A DNA stretch of 38,148 nt, from NCBI GenBank assembly GCA_027364665.1, contig DAHXOW010000044.1:1-38148 (forward strand), given 5' to 3'. The notes under the pieces were generated by a model. The model saw only the letters and a program-made list of their open reading frames with translations, searched no databases and was not told where the DNA came from. Made by a program: the position numbers and the translations under genes. Source of the DNA: a bacterium (GTDB taxonomy: Bacteria; Patescibacteriota; UBA1384; CAJBMM01). Position 1 is the stretch's first letter, and each line of letters begins with the position of its first letter. Positions 6,378 through 14,565 of this stretch are shown one piece after another.

Positions 6378-7075
6378 TTTATACCTATCCAGGATCTTAT
6401 AATTCCGCAAAATAATTCAGGGTTATCCAAATGAGCGAAATGGCTGCCGTTTGGAATAATCTTTAAAGTTGCCCCGCGAACCATTCTTAGTATTTCATTG
6501 CCAACGCTTATTGGTACAACCGAGTCGTCTTCTCCCCAGATCAATAAAGTCGGCTGCTTTATATCTATTAAATAGGGTCTTAAGTCAAAATTAATTGTAT
6601 TTTCAAAAACCGTAGTAAGCGGTCCAGCCTTTCTCCGGTCTTCAGAACGAAATTTGTCGGCAATTATCGGATAGAAAGGTATTTTATCTTTCGGTAAACC
6701 GCTTTTTTTTATTGCTTCGATCAAAGCCGATCTGAATTTTTGAGGCCAACTAAGCGGTTGTTTGATCGCAGGGGTCGCATATAGTATTAATTTGCTGACT
6801 TTAGGATTGTTTTTGGCTATGACAGTAGCGATTCTTCCGCCAAAAGAATGGCCGATTAAAACATATGATTCTAATTTATTTTTTTCTGAGAAGTCATTGA
6901 CCCATTTTGCATATTCGGTAATTCCCCAATTTTTATTGCTTAATTTTTCCTGTCCGAAACCGGGCAGATCTGGTGCCAGACACTGATATTGATTTTTCAA
7001 TCCGGTAATAATCCGATCCCAAGTGTGATGATCTTGTTGCCACCCGTGTAAAAAAACAAGCGCTGGCTTTTCCAT
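6374..7075 (-). CDS. Alpha/beta-fold hydrolase
   Basis: Oxyanion-region LVFLHGW, nucleophile elbow GHSFGG, acid WGEDD and histidine GSHFAH give an intact Ser-Asp-His triad. Confidence 0.85.
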   Translation of the reverse strand: MEKPALVFLHGWQQDHHTWDRIITGLKNQYQCLAPDLPGFGQEKLSNKNWGITEYAKWVNDFSEKNKLESYVLIGHSFGGRIATVIAKNNPKVSKLILYATPAIKQPLSWPQKFRSALIEAIKKSGLPKDKIPFYPIIADKFRSEDRRKAGPLTTVFENTINFDLRPYLIDIKQPTLLIWGEDDSVVPISVGNEILRMVRGATLKIIPNGSHFAHLDNPELFCGIIRSWIGIK

Positions 7076-7097
7076 GAGCTTAGTTTAACCGCTTCAC

Positions 7098-7754
7098 CTA
7101 GTGGTAGTCAATTATCGAATTTTCTTTTTCTACCGAATCGGCTACTAAATGATTATTAATTCGATGCGCAACGATATCTATTCCGTCTCCCCTATCAAAA
7201 TGTCTATTCCCAAGAAATTTTGTTTGTTTATTCCAATAAATCGTGCTGTTATGATGGTTGTTTTCAGCAATTTGCCAATCATCTTTGGCTGAGTTGGTTG
7301 ATATAACTGTTCCGTCTATCCAAATCTCATCAGTTGATTGTTTGAGAAATCGGTCGGTTAGACCGGTATCGCTCACAATAACTGAAATCATAATCGTGAC
7401 AAGGATTAGCCCGGCAATAATTAAGGCACGATTGTAGCGATAAATAAATTCGAAGCGTCTTAGTAATAAATAGCCGCCGCCAAGCCCAACAACGGCGACT
7501 ACCAGGGCTAACCAGGGTAAATGAAGCAAGACATATGACCAGCCAAACCGGTCAATCCAAAGATCGCGTAACGGTTGTTGCAAACGAAAATCGCTGACTA
7601 TAAAACCGATGAAAAAAACACTCAAAAGAGCGGTTCCGAGTAATCCTATTCCGATTAAAATAGCCATTGCGATAAAAAAACCGTATGGGCGCATGGAAAT
7701 TTTTTGCTCATGAATTTGCTTCATTACTTTTTTACTTAAATCAGCTTGACTCAT
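7098..7754 (-). CDS. Multi-pass membrane protein, candidate anti-sigma factor by position
   Basis: It overlaps the upstream ECF sigma gene by 4 nt. Three hydrophobic segments are present (YGFFIAMAILIGIGLLGTALLSVFFIGFIV, WSYVLLHLPWLALVVAVVGLGGGYLLL, ALIIAGLILVTIMISVIVS). I recognise no HxxxCxxC zinc anti-sigma motif. Confidence 0.5.
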   Translation of the reverse strand: MSQADLSKKVMKQIHEQKISMRPYGFFIAMAILIGIGLLGTALLSVFFIGFIVSDFRLQQPLRDLWIDRFGWSYVLLHLPWLALVVAVVGLGGGYLLLRRFEFIYRYNRALIIAGLILVTIMISVIVSDTGLTDRFLKQSTDEIWIDGTVISTNSAKDDWQIAENNHHNSTIYWNKQTKFLGNRHFDRGDGIDIVAHRINNHLVADSVEKENSIIDYH

Positions 7755-8308
7755 TTTTCCCTGTTTCTCATTTGTTCCAGCAACTTTTTGCCTCGATGTA
7801 TTCTTGTCCCGACCGTCATCGTCGGTATGTGTAGAATGTCGGCAATTTCCTCATAACTTTTCTCGTTCCTGTAAAATAATAATATAGGTTCGCGATAGAC
7901 GATTGGTAAATCATCCAGATATTTGGCCAGCTTTTCCTTTAGTAACTTGTGGTCCAGGATCTCTGCATAACTATCATCTTGTTTTATCTGATATTCCACC
8001 CAAGGATGTTCGTCTACTGATATGTGGTTTGACCGCTTTTTCAGATAGTTTATCGCCTCGTTATGAGTGATGCGGTATATCCAACTGGAGAATTTCTTAT
8101 TTTGATCGAATCCGTTTAAATTACGATAAGCTTTAATAAAAGCTTCCTGAACAACATCACTCGATTCGTCAGGATTTCTGATCAGACCGGTGGCGTATCT
8201 TATTAACTTGTTCTGATACCGCTCGACAATCTGAGAATAGGCTTCCTGATCACCTTGGCAGATTATTTTTACCAACTCCTCGTCGCTTTTATCTTCCAGC
8301 TTCGACAT
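7751..8308 (-). CDS. ECF-type RNA polymerase sigma-70 family factor
   Basis: Region 2 is DVVQEAFIKAYRNLNGF...FSSWIYRITHNEAINYLKK. The region 4 HTH is SYEEIADILHIPTMTVGTRIHRGKKLL. The protein is 185 aa, with an AGGAGA SD. Confidence 0.88.
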   Translation of the reverse strand: MSKLEDKSDEELVKIICQGDQEAYSQIVERYQNKLIRYATGLIRNPDESSDVVQEAFIKAYRNLNGFDQNKKFSSWIYRITHNEAINYLKKRSNHISVDEHPWVEYQIKQDDSYAEILDHKLLKEKLAKYLDDLPIVYREPILLFYRNEKSYEEIADILHIPTMTVGTRIHRGKKLLEQMRNREK

Positions 8309-8354
8309 GGTCTCCTAAATATGCTACTATAAGACTATAAGGATTATTTCAAAA

Positions 8355-10853
8355 TTGTCCAGTTATCGACCGGATATTATTGAGCCGAAATGGCAAAAAC
8401 GATGGGAAGAAGACAAGGCCTATCTTGCCGATAGAGGCAAAAACCTGCCAAAGCTTTATGTTTTGGATATGTTTCCTTACCCGTCCGGAGATGGTTTGCA
8501 TGTCGGACATTCAAGAATCTATACTGCGTCTGATTTAGTTACCAGAGCAAAAATTTTACAAGGTTACAGGGTTTTACATCCGACGGGTTGGGACGCGTTT
8601 GGTTTGCCAGCAGAAAATTATGCTATAAAAACTGGAATCCATCCCTCTGTGGCTACGGCGAAAAATATTGCCAACGCCAAAAGGCAAATGCAACTCCAAG
8701 GGTTTATGTACGATTGGTCTCGTGAAATTAATACAACCGATCCGAATTATTACCATTGGACGCAATGGATTTTTCTGCAGTTGTTTAAGCACAATTTAGC
8801 CTATGAGGCGGATGTACCTATTAACTGGTGCCCATCATGCAAAACCGGTTTGGCCAACGAAGAAGTTATAGGCGGTCGTTGTGATCGCTGCGGCAGTAAA
8901 GTTGAAAAGAAACAACTTAGCCAATGGATGTTGAAAATTACAGCATATGCCGATCGTTTGCTGGGCGGTTTGGCAAATCTGGATTGGCCGGTTTCGATTA
9001 AAAAAATGCAAGAGAATTGGATTGGAAAGTCAAACGGTGCCAATGTGCGATTTATGGTCGTAGGACGCAGTGAGGAGATTGTTGTTTTTACTACCAGGCC
9101 GGATACTCTTTTCGGCGCCACTTATTTGGTATTGGCACCGGAGCATCCTTTAGTTGATCTCCTGACGACTAAAGATCATCTGACCGAAATGCTGGTCTAT
9201 CGCAAATCTGTCGCCAATAAAACCGATTCGGAGCGAATCGAAGGAGCCGGCAATAAAGAAAAAACCGGTATTTTTACCGGCAGTTTTGCCGTTAACCCGG
9301 TTAATGGTGAACATTTACCGATATGGGTTGCCGATTATGTTCTTTCGAATTACGGGACAGGAGCGATTATGGCAGTTCCGGCCCATGACCAACGTGATCT
9401 TGAATTTGCCAAAAAATTTAAATTGCCCGTTACTAAAGTGATATTCTCATCTACCCCGATTACTACCGAAGCATATTTAGAAGACGGGTTGTTGATCAAC
9501 TCAGGGCGTTTCAACGGCTTAACGGTTGCTGAGGCGAAGAAGGCTATCGTTGAAGACTTGGAAACGCGCGGCCTGGCTGAACCTCAGACTGTTTATCGAC
9601 TAAGGGATTGGGTTTTTTCCCGCCAGCGTTATTGGGGGGAACCTATTCCTTTGATTCACTGTCCGAAATGCGGTATTGTTCCGGTTCCGGATAATGAATT
9701 GCCGTTAGTTTTGCCTGAAGTTGAAAAATACCAACCAACCGGTACCGGTCAATCACCGTTGGCCGCTATTGCTAAATGGGTTAATACGTCTTGCCCTAAA
9801 TGCGGAGGCAGGGCCAAGCGCGAAACGAACACTATGCCTCAATGGGCAGGATCAAGTTGGTATTTTTTGCGCTTTACCGATCCACACAATAACCGTGCTT
9901 TGGCTGATCAACCGTCATTGGATGCGTGGATGCCGGTAGATTTGTATCTCGGCGGTGCTGAACATGCTGTTCTCCATCTGCTGTATGCCAGGTTTTGGCA
10001 GATGTTTCTCTATGATATCGGAGTTGTTAAACAAGAAGAACCGTTTAAACAGTTAAAATCAGTTGGACTTATTTTGACCAATACCTATCGTGATCAGGAC
10101 GGCCATTACATTCACTATGATGATTTGGTTTTAGACGGCGATACCGTCTTTGATAAACGGAATGGTCATGTGCTGACTGCAGAGGTTGAAAAAATGAGTA
10201 AATCCAAAGGTAATTCCATATCACCCGATAGCATAATTACACGATACGGTTCTGATACTTTACGTGTTTATTTAATGTTTCTTGGTCCGTGGCATGAGAT
10301 GAGTGTTTTTGATTTGAATGGCATCGAAGGATCTTTCCGGTTCCTAAAGAAAGTCTATTTTTTGGCAGACAAAGTTTCTCAGGATTGCCAGTCATCAGAT
10401 GATCGTCTATTGAACCAGACAATTGATAAAGTAACAAAAGACATTGATCTGTTCCAATTTAATACAGCAGTTTCACAATTAATGATTTTGGTTAATGCGT
10501 GGCAAAAAGAAACAGCCGTTTCAGCTGACCGGTTTTCAGTATTTTTACAACTCTTGTTTCCGTTTGCGCCTCATCTGGCTGAAGAGCTTTGGCAAAAAAT
10601 CGGCCACAACGAATCAATTTTTGCTTCAAAATGGCCAGAGGCTAAGATTGGTTTTGCAGATGACACTCGTGCGGAAATCGCGGTTCAGGTTGATTCAAAA
10701 TTACGCGGTAAAATAAGTGTTAGTCAGGAAATGACCGCTGAACAAATTACCGAACTCGTTTTATCCGATGAAAAAATTGGAAGATTTGTAACTTCAAGGC
10801 AGCCTAAGGCCATTTACGTCAAAGGTCACTTAATTAATTTGCTTAACCGTTAA
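8355..10853 (+). CDS. leuS: Leucyl-tRNA synthetase
   Basis: PYPSGDGLHVGHSRIY (HIGH-type motif), KMSKSKGN, and a Zn-finger-like CPSC...CDRC. Bacterial LeuRS length (832 aa). TTG start at 8355. Confidence 0.97.
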   Translation: MSSYRPDIIEPKWQKRWEEDKAYLADRGKNLPKLYVLDMFPYPSGDGLHVGHSRIYTASDLVTRAKILQGYRVLHPTGWDAFGLPAENYAIKTGIHPSVATAKNIANAKRQMQLQGFMYDWSREINTTDPNYYHWTQWIFLQLFKHNLAYEADVPINWCPSCKTGLANEEVIGGRCDRCGSKVEKKQLSQWMLKITAYADRLLGGLANLDWPVSIKKMQENWIGKSNGANVRFMVVGRSEEIVVFTTRPDTLFGATYLVLAPEHPLVDLLTTKDHLTEMLVYRKSVANKTDSERIEGAGNKEKTGIFTGSFAVNPVNGEHLPIWVADYVLSNYGTGAIMAVPAHDQRDLEFAKKFKLPVTKVIFSSTPITTEAYLEDGLLINSGRFNGLTVAEAKKAIVEDLETRGLAEPQTVYRLRDWVFSRQRYWGEPIPLIHCPKCGIVPVPDNELPLVLPEVEKYQPTGTGQSPLAAIAKWVNTSCPKCGGRAKRETNTMPQWAGSSWYFLRFTDPHNNRALADQPSLDAWMPVDLYLGGAEHAVLHLLYARFWQMFLYDIGVVKQEEPFKQLKSVGLILTNTYRDQDGHYIHYDDLVLDGDTVFDKRNGHVLTAEVEKMSKSKGNSISPDSIITRYGSDTLRVYLMFLGPWHEMSVFDLNGIEGSFRFLKKVYFLADKVSQDCQSSDDRLLNQTIDKVTKDIDLFQFNTAVSQLMILVNAWQKETAVSADRFSVFLQLLFPFAPHLAEELWQKIGHNESIFASKWPEAKIGFADDTRAEIAVQVDSKLRGKISVSQEMTAEQITELVLSDEKIGRFVTSRQPKAIYVKGHLINLLNR

Positions 10854-10862
10854 TTATCAATA

Positions 10863-11405
10863 ATGAATCAATTTAAGCCGAATGGTTTTTCAGTCAAGAC
10901 GATATTGTCCGATCCGGATACGATTTACGATCAGGTTTGGACGCTGACGGTTAGTTATTTGCAAGAAAATTTTGCTCTTGTGACAGATAAACCAATGGAA
11001 TTGACCATCAGAGGCTTTGCCAAAGACAAAATAATTTATCTTAATTTGGCTGTTACCGGGACCATACCTTTGACTTGTTCGCGTTGCGGTGTTAGATTTC
11101 AGAAAAATATTTCAGATCAGGTGGAGCAGGAATATTCATTTGATAATCCGGACCAAGATATTTTACCCATTTCTGACCGCTTAACAGTTGATTTATCAAC
11201 CCCATTAAACGATCTTATTCAATTAGCCGTGCCGGATTTTCCTCTTCATGATCCTCGTTGCCTTGGTTTGTGTCCGGTATGCGGTATAAATTTAAATGAT
11301 TCGCCAAAACACTATACTGATTACCCTGACCATCGGCCTAATAAGGCTGATCTAGCCAACCGTCCTCATTTAAGCTATAATAGGCATGTAAAAAAAGAGG
11401 ATTAG
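10863..11405 (+). CDS. yceD: DUF177/YceD-family protein
   Basis: Cys pairs CSRCG ... CPVCG. About 180 aa and located immediately upstream of rpmF, the conserved yceD-rpmF arrangement. Confidence 0.75.
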   Translation: MNQFKPNGFSVKTILSDPDTIYDQVWTLTVSYLQENFALVTDKPMELTIRGFAKDKIIYLNLAVTGTIPLTCSRCGVRFQKNISDQVEQEYSFDNPDQDILPISDRLTVDLSTPLNDLIQLAVPDFPLHDPRCLGLCPVCGINLNDSPKHYTDYPDHRPNKADLANRPHLSYNRHVKKED

Positions 11406-11407
11406 CT

Positions 11408-11584
11408 ATGGCAACCCCGAAAAAACACCTTTCGCATTCTAAAAGCGGCGGACGTAGAAGTCAGATTCATTTAAAGTTACCTGAGATTTTTTATTGCCCA
11501 AATTGTCATTATCCAAGGTTGGCTCACACGGTTTGCCCGAAATGCGGACAGTATCGTGGAAAAACCATTACCGCGAGTCATTAA
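11408..11584 (+). CDS. rpmF: 50S ribosomal protein L32
   Basis: 58-aa ORF below the track cutoff: [58 protein letters not shown]. It has the L32 N-terminus and a CxxC...CxxC zinc ribbon. Confidence 0.9.
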   Translation: MATPKKHLSHSKSGGRRSQIHLKLPEIFYCPNCHYPRLAHTVCPKCGQYRGKTITASH

Positions 11585-11585
11585 T

Positions 11586-12116
11586 ATGAATCGCCACCTG
11601 TCTCGTATCGTTGTTATGCAGACATTGTATGAGCTGGATTTTCGCCCTGATCAGAACCCTTTGGAAGCGGCTAAACGCAATCTTTCTCAGTTTGAAGCAA
11701 AAATTGATCAACAATACGTAACCGAAACTGTTGAGGCAGTTATTGCAGATTTGCCAAAAATAGATCCTCTGATTCAGCAAGCGGCTCCGGAATGGCCATT
11801 GGAACAGATTGCCGTTATTGATAAAACTATTTTGCGCTTATCAACCTATGAATTATTAATAAATCGTTCCGTTCCTCCTAAAGTTGTTATAAATGAAGCG
11901 GTGGAATTGGCAAAAACATTTGGCAGCGATAGTTCAAGTAAATTTATTAACGGGGTTTTGGGTACTTTATACCGCTCAAGCGATTTGCCTAAAGAGGATG
12001 AAGTGGATAGAATTCTTACCGAAAACGATGTAGCTTCTGATAAAGAATTGGAAAGTAACAAGCCGGTTACGGCTCACATTACACCCGAAGAAGATATTAT
12101 TGTTGAGGAGTCTTAA
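11586..12116 (+). CDS. nusB: Transcription antitermination factor NusB with an acidic C-terminal tail
   Basis: [14 protein letters not shown] and [26 protein letters not shown] are NusB hallmarks. I placed the start at ATG 11586, 1 nt after the rpmF stop. The track start at 11556 would overlap rpmF. Confidence 0.85.
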   Translation: MNRHLSRIVVMQTLYELDFRPDQNPLEAAKRNLSQFEAKIDQQYVTETVEAVIADLPKIDPLIQQAAPEWPLEQIAVIDKTILRLSTYELLINRSVPPKVVINEAVELAKTFGSDSSSKFINGVLGTLYRSSDLPKEDEVDRILTENDVASDKELESNKPVTAHITPEEDIIVEES

Positions 12117-12119
12117 AAA

Positions 12120-12842
12120 GTGTTGTTGGATAAAGATTTTTCTCCGCTTGAGCAGAAAATAAATTATCACTTTAAAGACCGCCGACTATTAAAAACAGCT
12201 TTTGTCCATCGGTCCGCCTTGAACGAACTTCATGATCATATTAATGAGCACAACGAACGCTTGGAATTTTTGGGCGACGCTGTTCTTGAGTTGATTGTTA
12301 CTGAAAATCTGTTTTTACATTACCCGAATCCTGAGGGAGAATTAACCAACTGGCGTTCCGCATTGGTTCGTGGCCAACATTTGGCAGAGAAAGCAAAGGA
12401 TTTAGGGTTTGGCGACTATCTTTATTTAAGCCATGGTGAAACAAAGAGCGGCGGAAAAGCCAAACAAATGATTTTGGCCAATACTTTTGAAGCTTTTCTA
12501 GGGGCTTTATATTTAGACGGCGGATACAAAATAGCCAAGAATTTTGTTGAACAAACGATCATTTGTCATTTGTCTGAGATTTTGGCTGAAGGATTAGATA
12601 TTGATCCCAAAAGCCGTTTTCAAGAACTTGCCCAGGAAAAATATTCTATAACCCCCGATTACAAGGTGATAAGTGAATCAGGCCCAGATCATAATAAAAT
12701 ATTTACAGTAGGAGTTTATTTGGCTGATCGTCAGGTTGCTCAAGGACAAGGTTCGTCTAAACAATATGCCCAAATTGCTGCTGCAAGATCTGCAATCAAC
12801 CAGATGTTTTCAGATTTGCAAAACCAAATTGAAAAAGCTTAG
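12120..12842 (+). CDS. rnc: Ribonuclease III
   Basis: RNase III signature ERLEFLGDAVLE and a C-terminal dsRBD (DPKSRFQELAQEK...GPDHNKIFTVGV...GSSKQYAQIAAARSAI). GTG start. Confidence 0.93.
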   Translation: MLLDKDFSPLEQKINYHFKDRRLLKTAFVHRSALNELHDHINEHNERLEFLGDAVLELIVTENLFLHYPNPEGELTNWRSALVRGQHLAEKAKDLGFGDYLYLSHGETKSGGKAKQMILANTFEAFLGALYLDGGYKIAKNFVEQTIICHLSEILAEGLDIDPKSRFQELAQEKYSITPDYKVISESGPDHNKIFTVGVYLADRQVAQGQGSSKQYAQIAAARSAINQMFSDLQNQIEKA

Positions 12843-13767
12843 TCATTTCGGTTGCCGAAGCGGTATACAGATCCTGGTAAGTTGCTCCGATAAAACCGAT
12901 TAAACGCACATTACCCTGTTTAACCGCGGTTACCAGTACGTGTCCTGCTCCTCCTTGGTTTGGATCGCTGCCGGTGCCGGTTTTGCCACCTATGACTCCG
13001 GGATAGTGATTCAAAACAAGCTGATCAGAATTATCAAGATTATAGACAATGTTTCCGGTGACATCGCTGGCTGTGTAATGAGCAGTCCCTATAACTTGAG
13101 CAATAGTCGGGTTTTCCAAATCGTAACTCATCAACTTAGCAACATCATACGGGGACGATTGGGTTCCTGCTTCGTCGTATCCCGCCGGATCCGCATAATG
13201 TGTTTCAGTTAAGCCGAGCTCCGCAGCTTTTTGATTCATCATTTTAACAAAATTATCGCTCGATCCGGCTGTAAATTCTGCTAAGGCCATAGCACAGTCA
13301 TTTCCCGAATCCAGCATCATCGCATATAGAAGATTTTTGACAGTTATCTGTTCATTTTGAACAATTCCGACCAGCGAACCTAACTGATGTGAAGCGTTAT
13401 AGGAAACGGTTACAACGCTGTTTAAGTTGTCGTGTTCTACAACCAATAGCGAAGTCATTAATTTTGTCGTTGAGGCAATCGGTCTTTTTGTATATCCGTT
13501 CTTTTCTGCTAAGACAGTAGCGGTGTCAGGATCGTAAAGCAAATAAGCTTGGGCCTGAATAAGAGAATTTAGCTGAGTGGCATTTTCAACTACCGGAACG
13601 GGTTGCGGTACCGGTAAGTGATTAATAATTGTTTGGCTGACTGTCACCTGTTGACTTGCTTGGGCCTTATCAACTAAGGGTTGTTCGATTTTCCTTGCCA
13701 AACCGCTAGCACCGACTATGTCGGCCATTAAAACGATCGATAGGATAAAATATTTAAATAACACCAC
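12796..13767 (-). CDS. Serine-type D-Ala-D-Ala carboxypeptidase (peptidase S11 / low-MW PBP)
   Basis: SxxK (ASTTKLMT), SxN (DSGND) and KTG (GKTGTG) motifs. Hydrophobic N-terminal signal/anchor. GTG start. The 3' end overlaps rnc by 47 nt. Confidence 0.85.
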   Translation of the reverse strand: MVLFKYFILSIVLMADIVGASGLARKIEQPLVDKAQASQQVTVSQTIINHLPVPQPVPVVENATQLNSLIQAQAYLLYDPDTATVLAEKNGYTKRPIASTTKLMTSLLVVEHDNLNSVVTVSYNASHQLGSLVGIVQNEQITVKNLLYAMMLDSGNDCAMALAEFTAGSSDNFVKMMNQKAAELGLTETHYADPAGYDEAGTQSSPYDVAKLMSYDLENPTIAQVIGTAHYTASDVTGNIVYNLDNSDQLVLNHYPGVIGGKTGTGSDPNQGGAGHVLVTAVKQGNVRLIGFIGATYQDLYTASATEMTKLFQFGFANLKTSG

Positions 13768-13830
13768 CTAACTCTATCATAACTAAGTCAATCGAGCCAG
13801 CTTGATAGATGATCGGCATATTTATAAATT

Positions 13831-14565
13831 TTACTCAAGTTGTCGCAATTTTTCAGAACCGAGTTTAATATACTGGCCTGGCTTAAGTCCCAGATCTTTA
13901 AGATTTAATTTACCGATTGAGGTTCTGGTTAAATCAGCCACTTCGAGACCGATTTTTTGAATCATTCGTCTGATCTGTCGGTTACGGCCTTCATGTATTT
14001 TTATTTCAATTTGTAGATGATGATCAGTTTGTTCAAGAACTTTTATTTTGGCCGGAGCGGTTCTACGATCGTCTATTATCACGCCGTTTTCCAACTTCTT
14101 TAAATTGTTTTTTAGCTGTCGTTGATCATAATTATACGGAATTGTGCAGTCAACTAAATAAGTTTTGTTGATTTGATGATCCGGTTTGGTTAAGTGATTA
14201 GCCAGCTGTCCGTCATTAGTTAACAAAATAAGACCTTTGGTTTGCCTATCGAGCCTGCCGACTGGATAGATACGTTCCGGAACTTTAATCAGATCGAGAA
14301 CGGTATTTTTAGCGTGCGGGTCACCGCGAGTCGAATCAAAACCGGCCGGTTTATACAAAGCATAAACCGTTTTTTCCGCTACTGGTTTGATTTCACGCCA
14401 ATTTTCGTCTGTTTTTATTTCGACATTATCGTTACTTGGGTCAACTGCCCTGGTGATATCGGTGACTGGCTGGCCGTTAATTTTGACTCGCCGGTTTTTT
14501 ACCCAAACCTCAGCCGCTCTTCTTGAACATACACCGGAATTTGCCAAATAGACGGACAGGCGCAT
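13831..14565 (-). CDS. RsuA/RluB-family rRNA pseudouridine synthase
   Basis: N-terminal S4 domain (RLSVYLANSGVCSRRAAEVWVKNRRVKING) and catalytic Asp motif GRLDRQTKGLILLTNDG. Confidence 0.88.
   Translation of the reverse strand: MRLSVYLANSGVCSRRAAEVWVKNRRVKINGQPVTDITRAVDPSNDNVEIKTDENWREIKPVAEKTVYALYKPAGFDSTRGDPHAKNTVLDLIKVPERIYPVGRLDRQTKGLILLTNDGQLANHLTKPDHQINKTYLVDCTIPYNYDQRQLKNNLKKLENGVIIDDRRTAPAKIKVLEQTDHHLQIEIKIHEGRNRQIRRMIQKIGLEVADLTRTSIGKLNLKDLGLKPGQYIKLGSEKLRQLE

Noticed and set aside
8326-8341. Tandem ACTATAAG ACTATAAG repeat in the 46-nt sigma/leuS divergent spacer
   Set aside because: This is only two 8-nt units. They read as TATAAG on the plus strand and TATAGT on the minus strand, so they are most simply overlapping -10 boxes of the two divergent promoters rather than a distinct repeat element.
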